Of a stretch of 64,000 nt of DNA, positions 42,177-55,283 are shown one piece after another. The DNA lies in contig NC_043015.1 in NCBI RefSeq assembly GCF_006345805.1, forward strand, positions 7,502,001 to 7,566,000. The letters are read 5' to 3'. The DNA comes from Octopus sinensis. Taxonomy: Eukaryota. Position 1 is the first letter of the stretch, and the number at the start of each line of letters is the position of its first letter. Below the pieces are notes generated by a model. It worked only from the letters and a program-made list of their open reading frames with translations. It made no database searches and was not told the origin of the DNA. The translations under genes and the position numbers were made by a program.

Positions 42177-42221
<45 letters not shown>

Positions 42222-42919
42222 GCATGCATGTATATTGTCTTGTTATGTTTGTGTGTGTTTGTTTGTGTATGTATGTGTGAGAGCCTGTGTGTATGAGTGT
42301 ATGTCTATGTATGCGGGTGGGGAATGTGTACGTGTGTGTGTGTGTGTGTGTGTGTGAATACTCTGTGTAAGGTAGATGTGAAGAATTACGAATTTCTTAC
42401 GTGAATGATAAAGCTTTCAAACGGATATTGAGCTATACCGAGATATGATATTTCTTGCGATATATTCTTTGTCAAATTGATGAGCTAACTGCTAAAGCAG
42501 AATTCTTGACAGGAACATTGTCAAAGAAGATAAATATTGAATATTCTTGACAGAATTGCAATCAATATATTTTTCTACTTTCTATCTGACACCAAATCAA
42601 GTTTTGCCGTATGATTTTGAAATGGGAAAGTACTACAGCACAGAATGGCTAACATCAAATCATATTATTGACAAAATCAGAACGGAAACGGTATTCTATA
42701 ACATTTGGTATCTTTCGATGACGCAATAATGCTCACCATTAAGTTTGTGCATACGTACGTACGTATGTATGTATGTATATATTTATGTATGTATGTAAGT
42801 ATGTAAATATGTATATATGTATGTATGACGTAAGAATGCTCATTATATTCGAATGTATGTATATATATCAATATTTCTATTTCGATATATATATATTTAT
42901 TTCTATATAAATATATATT

Positions 42920-42986
<67 letters not shown>

Positions 42987-43470
42987 CGATATATCTATTT
43001 ATTTCGATATATTTATAATTATATCTATCTGCGTATTTATCTATTTATCACTATCTATCTGCACGCATGCCCGTGGACACACACACATACACTCACATGA
43101 CACGAACATATCTTAGGTGGCTACAAAGAAATGGTAGACATGAACCGGAAGTATACATATATTTGATGATTTCCTTCGACTTTCATGCAAACTCCAGTGT
43201 AATTGATTGAGGAATGAAAAAAGTACACTGAACAGACGACACAAGTTATTATATTACTTAATACGATGAGATGGGTTACAACCTCCACGTCCTCCTAATC
43301 CAAGAAATAATTCATCTGGGAAATCGCATTAAATTACTTTTGTTCTATGACGTTAAAGCGTGAACAATGGAAACATTCAAGCTTATGTGAAAAGGAAAGT
43401 AGGCCTGTTCAAGGAGATTATTGCAGATTTTGCTTACGTATACTCATAAGATGAGGGATCAGGTAGTCAA

Positions 43471-43512
<42 letters not shown>

Positions 43513-44299
43513 ATATATGTGTATGCTATGTATATGTCTGTCGGTATGTATATATTATGTATGTATATATTTACACTGTTGTATATATAAATAGCCATGT
43601 GGATTATATGTCTTAAATGCACTGAAAAAGTGGGAATAATAAGTTTAAATAGATAATTTTCAGAAAGTTCCAACATAGAGCGCTTTTACTGTTAAAATTT
43701 TGTTTGTTTCTTTAGCTCTTGAAATATGCTTCTTTCGACCGATACATGCATGAAAATAGAGCCAACTAACGCACACACACGCACACATACACAAATACAT
43801 ATATGTAGATGTATGTATTTCTCTTTTTGTGTGTCTGTTTGTGTGCGCGGGCATACACGTGTGAGTTAATGTGTCTCTGTGTTTATTTGTTTGTTCTCCA
43901 AATGTTTCAGGAAGCATTGAATTGTACATTGTTGCCTGTAGCGTTATTAACGAAAAGTCACGTTGTAATATAGACACTAGTTCGATTCTTTGTGAACACA
44001 AATGTCTCATAATCTTCTTTCGTAAGTTTTAAAATCGGAAGTGCGGCAAAGTTTTCTCGCCAGATATTGATCGTAGATTCCACTATAAGAGTAATTTTTA
44101 TGAAAAGTAATATATATATACTGAATATATATACTAAGTAATATATATATATAATAAGCACTGAAAGACATAGATTACATATATCCACAAGTAAGCGGAA
44201 ACGTTCTGTGTAGGGCAAGCCAGTTGTTGTTCACTTGATGCAAGCCTTAGATATCAGTCTGGTGACCCGGGTCTTGTGGTGGAGTCTTACTGCCGTGTA

Positions 44300-45012
44300 G
44301 TGCGTCTTTGTTCTTCAGTGCATCTCCCCCGTTTGTTGATTTTTGCAAAGGTTGAAACGAAGGATCAACCTGCTTTTGAGAAATTATGTTTTCTGCTGGC
44401 CGAACGGTGTCCGAAACAGTTGCCATAATTCAGACAACTTACAAGGACGACTATGGGCAAAACACAAGTTTCCGAGGGCTTTCACGCTTTAGGAATGGTC
44501 ACCTGTCTCTGGAAGACCAACCTCGTCTGAATGAAAACATCACAAAAATTCACTAACTAACATTAGAGGACCGTCTCCGAACAATCGACGAACTTGTTGA
44601 TATGACTGATCTCTCATGGAGCTCCTGCCAACAAGGTTTGTGAGAGGAACTGCGAATGAAACGTACTGCAGCAAATTTTGTGCCGCACTTGCTCACAGAA
44701 GATCTAAAGCAACGATTACAGAATGCGTGTTGTTGCAGTTGGAAGATGATCTTGCTCTTTGCGTTGGAAGTTGGAAGAACAGATGGGAGTTGATCTTGCT
44801 CTTTGCGAATACTAATTTGTTACCCCGAATGAAAAGAGTCCTCAAAGGAAAACGTTTTGCAGATGTGCAAGAGAAGAAAAAACGACGGCGGCATAAAAAG
44901 CATCACTTCGCAATGGTTCTAGGACTGCTTCGAACTGTGGAAAACGCGTCTACGCCGGTGCATTGCTTCAAATGGAAAATATTTGAAGGTGATAAAAGTG
45001 TTAACTTGTAAA
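44300..45012 (+). pseudogene. Decayed mariner transposase (irritans-like), internally deleted
   Basis: Fragments FSRFRNGHLSLEDQPR, LEDRLRTIDELVDMTDLSWSSCQ, RMKRTAANFVPHLLTED and LPRMKRVLKGKRFADV...CIASNGKYFEGDK*. Confidence 0.85.
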
Positions 45013-45013
45013 A

Positions 45014-45135
45014 CTAGAAAAGCACTCAGAGAACGCAGACGTCCGCCAAGCAGCTCTTTTCCACCTATATACACGCATGCTGAAAATCGCCCAATTTCCC
45101 AAACCAACGCCGCTAAAAACATAACCTCCTCCTAA
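45014..45135 (-). mobile_element. Short Helentron/HINE-like element (copy A) with 3' CTAG
   Basis: Minus strand reads GGAGGTTATGTTTTTAGCGGCGTTGGTTTG...TTGGCGGACGTCTGCGTTCTCTGAGTGCTTTTCTAG. It shares CAAACCAACGCCG.T.AAAACATAA with copy B. Confidence 0.65.
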
Positions 45136-45599
45136 ACTTATCTCGACCATCGTCATCATGAACACTCTTTGCTTTCACCACAATCACCGTCAAAACTACC
45201 ATCAGCACAATCACCATCAAATACTACGATCACCGCAATCAGTTTCTTTACACAGTTGAGAATCCATTATCCGATACTCACGGGACCGAGATTGTTGAAG
45301 ATGCTTGATTTTCTAATTTCAGAGTGCTTTATTAAGAAAATGCCTCTACAAAACGGAACAGTTTGAGGATAGAAAACATGTCTAAACACAATAGCTTATA
45401 GACATACTCTGAATGTAGTTCTATATAAATCTTTAATATTTTTCTTATACTTAAGACCATCAGAAATGATAAGATATCAGCCTCTACCCACTTTGTCATG
45501 CTTTGATTATTAGGTTACAGCATAGATTAGATTACTTAGATAAGTTTCGGCCGAAGTTGACTCAGGCCATGTCTAATTTAATAGCACCACCTGGAAGAG

Positions 45600-45995
45600 A
45601 TACACAGTCAGCTCTGGAGAACCGTAGCCCATTGAAGCCGAGAGTTATTGTTTTCAGAGACATATCTGGGTGTGGGTAATTTATTTGGTATTTGTTGGGG
45701 CTAACCATCTAGGGATCGTTTGAATGCCGTGAAGTCACTTTCCTCCTTTATGTGTGCCTGGCACGATGTTGAAGAGAGCAGGGCCAATTCAGGTGAAATA
45801 GTTCTGTCATAGCCTTGTGATACGAGATGAACATTACTGTATTGGACGGATGGCACGAGGACCAAGCCTCGGACGAATTTTAAAGATGGGCAATGCTGAT
45901 GGAATATTTTCCACATCATACAGATGATACAGAGCTCACAGCGGCGGTGGAGGGAGCGAATCCTGTGCTTTTTGAATCGATCCCATGTCATTCTC
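45600..45995 (-). pseudogene. CR1/L2-type LINE ORF2 C-terminal remnant
   Basis: WDRFKKHRIRSLHRRCELCIICMMWKIFHQHCP...GPRAIRP...IGPALFN...EESDFTAFKRSLD resembles the ERLKxLxLYSLxRRR / FKxxLD motifs. Confidence 0.75.
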
Positions 45996-46376
45996 CGCAG
46001 ACCTCCGCCAAGGAACTCATTTTAAGATAGATACACGAGTAAAATTACTAATAGAGAAACGAAAATAAACTTTCGAAACAGCAACACCACCATAAGTTAT
46101 GTGAAAATGATGAACGTATTTTCAAGGGAGATAATAAAAAAAATGTAACATACTTCATGTAAAGTAAATATAACAAGTGAAAAATCCTTCAAGAATCCAT
46201 AAAAATTCCCGGATCACTACCAACATTTCATCATCTGTTTCTTGTGTCATTAACAAAGTTTTCTGCAAGTTTCATCTAATACCGTTCACAACTGTTTGAG
46301 TTATTTTGCATACAGACGGACAGACGGACAAACCAACGCCGATGAAAACATAAGCTTCTTCCTTGGCGGAGGTAAT
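45996..46376 (-). mobile_element. Helentron/HINE-like element (copy B) lacking its CTAG end
   Basis: Perfect 15-bp inverted repeat ACCTCCGCCAAGGAA (46001-46015) / TTCCTTGGCGGAGGT (46359-46373), with a (CAGACGGA) core repeat. Confidence 0.7.
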
Positions 46377-46435
46377 TAAGTGAATAAAACATTAATGCGA
46401 AAATCCGATTCCTTTTGGGTGGGTACCCCCTCGTG
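46377..46435 (+). mobile_element. Displaced 3' end and TIR of the 44.3 kb mariner
   Basis: Reverse complement reads TA-CACGAGGGGGTACCCACCCAAAAGGAATCGG, an irritans-like mariner TIR, preceded by AATAAA. Confidence 0.65.
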
Positions 46436-46468
46436 TATATATAGATATGTCTATGTATATATGTCTAA

Positions 46469-46528
<60 letters not shown>

Positions 46529-47149
46529 TTAGACATATATGTGTGTGTGTGTGTGTGTGTATGTGTGTGTGTGTGCATTTGTCTATATCTCTCTGTCTAT
46601 CCATGTAACTTTCTGTGCATAAATTTATAAGAACACTCACACAGTTTATGAAATGGAAATTGAAAAGACGGATTCAAACGTTTCTACTTTATTCTTGTCA
46701 CCGCAGCCTCATTAATTCCTCTTTACTCACTATCTCTATATTTTAAACCATCAGCGCTATTCGTTTCCTTCTTCGTTCAATTTTATTTTACTTTGATCTG
46801 ATGAGTCGGTGTTATGTATTTTCGGAAAATAATGTTCTTTGGCATTGTACATTAAGTATTATTTTATGATAAGAAGAGAAGTGGATGCATTATTATGATA
46901 TGATTTGATTTCTGTTGAACAATATATGTGATTCCTATTTGGAAAAGAACGATGATTAAAGCATAATATTTCCCTTTCTTCTTACAATTCCTTCCTCGAA
47001 GAATAGAGCGAGTGATCGAAATTCGGAAAGGTCGAAGTATCTACTTCATTGTTTAGTATTATTGGATGCGACGAATGAAGGAAACATCTAAAATCAACAG
47101 GATAATAACTATACATATTGTGGTAACGTGTTGATGAGAGGATGTTCGA

Positions 47150-47193
<44 letters not shown>

Positions 47194-47238
47194 GTATATA
47201 TATATATATAACACATGTATATATATATATATATACAC

Positions 47239-47270
<32 letters not shown>

Positions 47271-47286
47271 ATATATATATATACAC

Positions 47287-47330
<44 letters not shown>

Positions 47331-47517
47331 GTATATATATATATATATACACATGTATATATATATACACATGTATATATATATATGTACACATAAGTAT
47401 ATGTATGTATATATATACATATATATATGTACACATAAGTATATGTATGTATATATATATACATATATATATACACATGTATATATATATGTACACATAA
47501 GTATATGGATGTATATA

Positions 47518-47550
<33 letters not shown>
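47150..47550. repeat. (TA)nCACATG higher-order microsatellite
   Basis: Directly visible. Confidence 0.92.
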
Positions 47551-47552
<2 letters not shown>

Positions 47553-48496
47553 GTGAAATAGAAAGATGAATAATCTTGTAGTAGATTAATCAAAAGTTTA
47601 ACCGATACCTTAGTAGCAAAAATCACAAAATCTGTTCTGTTTTTGTTTTTCCAACGGATTTCCTATTTTCTTCCTGAAGAGAAAGACACAATATGGTCCC
47701 ATTATTCAATCGGATTTTGGTAATTTGTGCCTTTCGAAACACGTGTAGAATGAAATAAAACGATTTCTGTTCAATCTGCGTTCAGCTCCATTTCTTCAAT
47801 TCACCAATAATGTTATATATATATATATATACATATATACACATGTATGTATATATATATATATATATGTACACATAAGTATATGTATGTATATATATAT
47901 ATATACATATATACACATATATATAAATATATGTGTATATAAATATGAACACATATATATCCATATACAAACACAAACACATACATACACAGGAATTTAT
48001 GTACGCACGTATACATATACATATATATACATATATGTGAACAAAAATGTATTATAGAACTGAAACATGTCTTGACGTATTGTAATTTTTTAATTAACAG
48101 CAAATTAGAAAAGTGTCTCAGAAGCCGAGTGTTTGATGAAAAAGACTTATGAACAATAAGCTATCATATCAAAATAAGATAGCTCGCTTCTTACAAAAAC
48201 GGAGTTAAAATTGTTTCTGAAGTTTTCGATCAAAAATAAATATTGGAATGTTCAAATGTAAGTAGTGTAGAAAGGTGATAAAATGCACCAAAAAAAAAAG
48301 TATTTCTTCTTACTTTTCGGAAAGAACTGTTATTTACTCTATATATGAAACGTGTATGATGTGTCACACGCACATTATATCGGCGCACGATATACACTGA
48401 AACTGCTTGCCGATTAAAAAAACCGAGGAAAATTTCTACCAATGTATATATATATATATATATATATATGTATTATGTATGTATGTTTATATATGA

Positions 48497-48730
48497 AGGA
48501 TCGTGGTTTAGTGGTTAAAATGCTGCGAAGATTGTCGTTCGGATTCCTTGATCCGATGAGTTGAGTTGTTGACCAAAATACTTCATTTCATGTGGCACCA
48601 GTTTAGTCAGTTGGCAAAAGAAGTAATACTACGGCCACATCGACATTTTGTTGAGGTGGGGGTTGATTCTTACGCCAGAGAATCCAGCTAACCAACGTCA
48701 TTACCCTATGGCACGGAACGACCGTTGATC
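48497..48730 (+). mobile_element. Old family 4-like SINE
   Basis: GGATCGTGGTTTAGTGGTTA head, and CAAAATACTTCATTTCATG resembling 13630-13660. Confidence 0.5.
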
Positions 48731-48801
48731 CTGTGATTTATGAATGTAGTTTGTATGCCTGTCTGTCTCTCTTTATATACATACATACATATATGTATAT
48801 A

Positions 48802-49175
48802 TGGCTGTGTATACGAACCACAAGGTTCCGGATTCAGTCCCACTGAGTGGCACCTTGGGCAAGTCTCTTCTACTATGACCTCTGGCCGATCAATGCCTTA
48901 TAAGTAGACGTAAAATGAAGAAGCCCGTCGTATATATATATATATATATATACATGCATACATATGTGTGTGTGTATGTTTGACAACCAACATCGCTTGG
49001 CAACCGGTGCTGGTGTGTTTACGTCCCCGTAACTTAGCGGTTCGGCAAAATGGAACCGATAGAATAATTACTAGGCTTACAAAGAATAAGTCCTGTGTTT
49101 GATTTGCTCGACTAAAGGTGGTGCTCCAGCATGGCCACAGTCAAATGACTGAAACAAGTAGAAGAGTAGAAAGTA
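48802..49175 (+). mobile_element. Family 1 SINE with a short 5' deletion
   Basis: Aligns with 24587-24990. Confidence 0.88.
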
Positions 49176-49960
49176 AAGGGTGTGTATATATATATATGCA
49201 TCTGCCCGTCTAGCTATCTATGTATATTGATTCATATGCATATGTATCCATCTGTTTGTCTCGCTATCTATATGCGCTCGTGCCTGAACTGACTACGTGT
49301 GGGTGAATGTGTATAGGAATCTATTTTCTGAAAATAAAAGTTTTGAAATACTTCAAATGGTTTATCATCTAAAATGATGTATCTTCAGTAAAATCAAAAT
49401 AATAAACAGAAATTTAAAGTTTCCATTTAGTAAGCACTCACTAAATGATGAACATTTATATAATACTGCAGCAATGTCTATTGGAGTGTAAATAATTCTT
49501 ATACGCCACAAAAGTGTAATTCTAAACGCAATCAGATTCTATGCATAATTTTGTGTTCGTGATTAGACCGAACACGATTTAAAGATTTCTAATAAATGTT
49601 GCGTGATTTTCAGTTGGTAAAATTTAGTAATATTTGCATGTGATTCCTGATTATTTTATATTTATTTGCATTAGTTTTGTGATGCGACTAATGAGATGCC
49701 AATTTTTAGTTATATACCAGAAATAATGAAGTATTAAAAAAAAAAAATATCACTCTGTAAATAATTCTAATCGTGTCTGTAATGTACTAATCGGAATTCA
49801 AGGCTGGAGATTTCCATTAAAAAAGGAAGAAATTTTTAATCTACTATTTTAATGCGTATTTTCAATTTATTCACTACAAAGTTACATGAACGAACACACT
49901 CGTGCCTACGACACACCAACACATACACAAGCTATAGTTATACACACACGTACAAATCCC

Positions 49961-49993
<33 letters not shown>

Positions 49994-50551
49994 ATATATA
50001 ATATATATATATATATATACACACACGCACACACAAACACATGCACACGTCTATATGTATACATACATATACATGCACTGACGCACATGTATATATACAT
50101 ATATATTCGTAATGCGTTATCAGTGATTCAGTGTCTCATACTACATAGATCTTATCTAGAATTTTAAAAATAACCATTATTCGATGTAGTGACAGATATA
50201 CACACCGTTTACTGATATATGTACAGATTATTACTCGCTTAGCGAAAAATATCAGCTGGATTAGTTTCAATCCCGTGTTAGGACTTTATCTGCAAATTTC
50301 CTTGGATCCATTGCTTATAGATTCAGACTTAGTGTTAATAAGGAGCAAATTAACTCACATTGACAAATTTGCATAAGCATCCTATTCCTAAATTCCAGCC
50401 TCATTTTCAAGTCAATGTGGAATCAATGTAATTTTGTTCTAATACTATACTGAAATAAATTATATAGCTGTAGATTTTTAATCAAATTTCTATAAATATA
50501 TATTAGCTTAGTACATTTAAAGGACGGCACTTATTGTATTATTGTATTTGA

Positions 50552-50780
50552 AGGCAGCGAGCTGGCTGAAACGTAAGCACGCTGGACGAAATGCTTAGCG
50601 GTATTTCGTCTGCCGCTACGTTCTTAGTTCAAATTCCGCCGAGTTCGACTTTGCCTTTCATCCTTTCGGGGTCGATTAAATGAGTACCAGTTACTGGGGT
50701 CGACATAATCGACTTAATCCGTTTGTCTGTCCTTGTTTGTCCCCTCTGTGTTTAGCCCCTTGTGGGTAATAAAGAAATAG
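50552..50780 (+). mobile_element. Family 2 SINE with 13-bp TSD
   Basis: ACTTATTGTATTA at 50529-50541 and 50783-50795. Confidence 0.9.
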
Positions 50781-50795
50781 CTACTTATTGTATTA

Positions 50796-50870
50796 GTCGG
50801 TTTGTGTACAGGTTGTCAAGCGCTGGTGGGGACAAACACGAGGAGCAGATAGGGTGAGAGAGAGGTATCG

Positions 50871-50906
<36 letters not shown>

Positions 50907-50985
50907 ATATGCGGTGAACTTCTTTCAGTTTCCATCTACCAAATCCACTCACGAGGATTTGGTCGGCCTGGGGCTACAGAAGACT
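50796..50985 (-). mobile_element. Truncated family 1 SINE (duplicate 1)
   Basis: GGTTGTCAAGCGCTGGTGGGGACAAACAC...CTTTCAGTTTCCATCTACCAAATCCACTCACGAGGATTTGG, paralogous to 51450-51712. Confidence 0.8.
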
Positions 50986-51242
50986 TAAAAGCACATTTCC
51001 CAATATCATAGTGAACAGAATAGATGTATCAACCGGACAAGTTCAAATTCTGTGATAGGTTTCCTTCACTAACTACACACAACGCCCATTCTTCCTCTAA
51101 CACCGAATTATACCTAATCTCTCGGAGCCCTTTTTTCTTTTTTTATCAATGAAGCTATTCTCTTAGAATCTACAGCCATATTTTCTCTATTTACATATAT
51201 ACATAAGTGTATGCATGTGTGCGGGGAGTGTATGTTCATAGG

Positions 51243-51279
<37 letters not shown>

Positions 51280-51449
51280 CTCTCTCTATCTCTCTCACAC
51301 ACATATATTTATGCATATAATAGCTTTTTTTTTTTCCTTTTTTTCAGTCATAAGACTGCGGCAATCTTGAGGCACCGCTTTGAAGAATTTTTCTTCGAAT
51401 GTATCAATTTCAATACTTATAGTTTTAAAGGACAGTATTTATTGTATTA

Positions 51450-51523
51450 GTCGGTTTGGTGTACCGGTTGTCAAGCGCTGGTGGGGACAAACACAAGGAG
51501 CAGAGAAAGAGAGAGAGAGAGCG

Positions 51524-51559
<36 letters not shown>

Positions 51560-51712
51560 TCGACAGACGTCTTTCAGTTTCCATCTACCCAATCCACTCA
51601 CGAGGATTTGGTCGGCCTGAGGCTATAGAAGAAGACACCTGCTCAAGGTGCTTTGCAGTGGGACTGGACCTAGAACCATGCGGCTTGAAGCAAGCTTCTT
51701 ACCACACCGACT
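51450..51712 (-). mobile_element. 3'-truncated family 1 SINE (duplicate 2)
   Basis: Same truncation point and flank as the 50.8 kb copy; retains the tRNA head. Confidence 0.85.
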
Positions 51713-52698
51713 CGAAGTAGATAACGCTATAGAATATAGCGTATAGATTATTGGGATTAAAAATCCACTAAATTGAAAATCTTGAAACCACATATGTGTT
51801 TACGAATATACGTTTAGGCATAAATTTTATAGAGACAATGTGAGATTGTTGTGCGATGTTATGTTTAGATAGAATTCAAAACATTTGATAGACATTTAAA
51901 TAAAATCAAACAAATGCAAAACTGCACCACTGTATATATGTTAATTATTTCGAAATTACTGCATTAATGATACTTTTTGTGGCTGTTGTTAAATCAATTA
52001 AATCAACTAGGATTAAATAAATTAAACAATAATTACATCTTTATCGAAAAGTACTGAGATAAAGTTAAGCGTATTGAGGATAGAAACCATAGAATATCAT
52101 TATCTGCTTATAGAATTATAAATGCTAGTTCATTAAGAAATAATTAAGTATTAAATGAATAATTTACATTATTATATAGTCTGCACCATTGCTTAATGGA
52201 ATTTATTTATGCTATCAATATTTATATTAATCTATCAAAAGCAGGCGCTGATTTAGAATATGAAATACTACAAGTTTGTTGTGTAGTATTGGTTTTACAT
52301 CATAAGAGAGTATTCATTATCCATCATATTAATTCAATTTTAAAAGGGGAAAACTCTCAAAGGCGGATTTTCTTGTGTATGCATGAATAAAATATTTGTG
52401 TTACATTGAATATCCTACTGGAATTAAAGCATGATATGCTGTGCTGTGCTAAACATGATAATGGAATATCTCTCCATACATATGGTACCAGAAAATCTTG
52501 GCCAGTGTACTTACAGATATATGAAATTTAAATATTCATCTTTCAATCTCATTAATCGTTGAACAAAACTGATACTGAGCTATATAAATACCAATATATA
52601 CTCTCCTATCGAAAGTGCGTCATTTATTAGATGAAAAAGTAGTCTTAGAATTGTCTGTGGCAAAAAATAACGAGATTATCTATACAGAATTTTATATA

Positions 52699-52760
52699 GA
52701 AAATTCTTCATACGAAATTCATACGAAAATTCATACGAAAATTCTTCATACGAAATTCAT
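52699..52760. repeat. Short tandem repeat of ATTCATACGAAA variants
   Basis: About 4-5 units of 11-15 bp. Confidence 0.85.
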
Positions 52761-52874
52761 TGAATTTTGGTTTAGATTAACTTAATTACGGAAACCATTT
52801 CAATGAGGTAATGGAAATATTTTTTTAAATTGGGAACTATATTATGTAGACCTTTTGAATCTTTTTCGTCTTCC

Positions 52875-53282
52875 ACTTGTTTCAGTAATTTTGACACTGT
52901 CCACACTGTCGCAATGCCTTCATAGATTTTGTACAAAGAGATCGAATTATTTTCTAAGCCTGGTACTTATTCAATCGTTCTGTTTTGCCGAACCGCTACT
53001 TACAGGGGCGTAAACACGCAAACATCTGTTGCTAATCAATGGTTGGGGACAATCACAAACACCAAGGTATACATAAACGACTGCACGCACGCAAACACAC
53101 ACACACACACACACAAACATACGCCCTTACATCGACATGCATACAATTTTCCGTCTAGTAAAATCACCCACACGGCTTTGGTCGATCGGAGATTATAGTA
53201 AAACACTCTTGCCCGAGATGGCACGCAATGGGACTGAGTCGGGAACCATGTGGTTGGGAAGCAATCTTACCATACAGCCATG
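52875..53282 (-). mobile_element. Degenerate family 1 SINE
   Basis: GCCGAACCGCTA, CTTGCCCGAG and GGGAACCATGTGGTTGG reverse matches. Confidence 0.8.
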
Positions 53283-53397
53283 CATCAAAATAGGAAGAAA
53301 AATAGCATGACCGTTCTAGTTTCACTTTCTCTTTTAAATGCCCCTTGGTTGCACACATGCTCGTTCATAACCGCCATGTTTACAAGTCTCTTTGAAT

Positions 53398-53484
53398 GAA
53401 CGTTGCAACATGTTAGATGAAATGTTAGATGAAAGAACGTTGCAACATGTTAGATGAAAGAACGTTGCAACATGTTAGATGAAA
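53398..53484. repeat. 25-bp minisatellite x3 plus a 12-bp partial unit
   Basis: GAACGTTGCAACATGTTAGATGAAA at 53398, 53435 and 53460. Confidence 0.95.
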
Positions 53485-55283
53485 TCATTTGATCATCCTC
53501 GATTTTATTTTATATCTACAGCAATTCCGACCTTCATTATATGCATGTGTGAGAGAAAGGGAGGGAAAGAGAATAAGAGATATAGAGAAAGGCAAAGAGA
53601 GACAAAGAAACACTGACCCTAGCATACGATTGGCAGTTTATATTCAAATTCATTAGTGATAAACGGTGAAACGTACGAAATTTGAACCCAGATTTCAATA
53701 TACCCGGAACAATTTCGACAAGCCATTTGCCCTCCGTTGTAAACGAATCTACCAAGAAATATTTTCCGTATCCCACGTGCTATCACTTTTAGAAGGATCA
53801 AAAGATAAAAGGGATTTAAGTTACGTATGAACTCAGTATTTGAGGTAAACTTTTGGAATTTTATTCGGAAAGCTATCAAAAATACTAATCTGTATATTAA
53901 TTATTTTCTTGGATGATTGCTATTTGTACAGTTAACATTGGCGTTTCCATATCGTTGTATTGAGAGTAAGTGGGGGAGAGAGAAAAAGAGAGAGCAGGAA
54001 GTTAAGATGAGGAAGGGAGAGAAATAAGAGAGAGAGAAAGAAAGTGAAAATTAGAAATAATATGAAAGAGGGTGAGAGAGAGAGTATGAGAGAATTATCA
54101 TTCAATTTAATGTGAAACGTAAAGACGTAGTCTAAGAAAAATACAGGTGCTCTAAGCCACCACAAGATACCGCAACAAAAGTGAACAAATGAATGAATAA
54201 ATAGATAGATAGATAAATAAATAAATAAATGACATTTGCAAGATGGAGGGTAAAATATATTTCAGACAGTTGTCCTTCGGAAAGAAGAAATTTGGAGGTT
54301 AATAATAACTTCCTAGAAAGGCAAATGTAGCAGTAATAATTAGTATCTCAATTCTTTACCAAGAAAGAAGGATAGGCGTCCTAAAACCTCCATGTATCCT
54401 ACACAGAAAAATAAGTCATTGTAATTCATTTTCACATATGAACTTAAACGTAATTGTTAGAAAATCACCAATTTAAAGATTAAAAAAAAATAGTTTTTTA
54501 GTCTTGGACAAATAAGTTATGATTTCATCACTATACCAGTTAATATTAATAATTTCAAAAGAGTCAATTTAATAAACAAGAATATTATAACTCCGACGCT
54601 TAGTTAAAAAACAGAATAAAATATTAATGGGAAATGACGAATGAATTTGATTTGTTCAATGTCTAAGAAGATTGTATCCACTCATAAATCGAACAGTCGT
54701 TTAAGACTATTCAATTTGTCAAGCTGACCGAAGCGAAGTGATTACTTCAATTTCCTGAGCTTGTTAATTAAAGACAAGAATAACACGCACAAGATACAGC
54801 CAATAAGAGTGTTATTTTTGCTATAAATACATTAGTTTGGAAGTAATACACATGATGGATCGTCTGTATAAATGGAATGCAGTGATTCATTTTGAGATTT
54901 AAAATTATAAATTTAAGATTCATCTGGTTTTCTATTAAATTTTAATTTTTCTCATTTCTGGTTCAATTAAAACAAGATATTGGCAATAATATAGTATCTA
55001 ATTTAAACACAAGACCAGCAATATCTGAAAGATGATGATTTATTTGATTACTTCTACTCCAATAATTGAATGTCATGTTATTTTACCAGACTTGTAAATG
55101 CAGATACACAAATTTAACTCTAGAGATGTTTGAAATGAGCACGTAGAATAGATGACAAACCATTTCTTCCCCTGTTACTCCAACGGTTATTTTAGCACAC
55201 CCGTTAAGTAACCATAATATTAAAGTCGAATCGGACAAAATACATTGGACAAAATACTCTGAGGCATTTTGTTACTACATATT

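Noticed and set aside
53398-53484. CRISPR-like array
   Set aside because: The units are adjacent with no unique spacers, the context is eukaryotic, and there are no cas genes.
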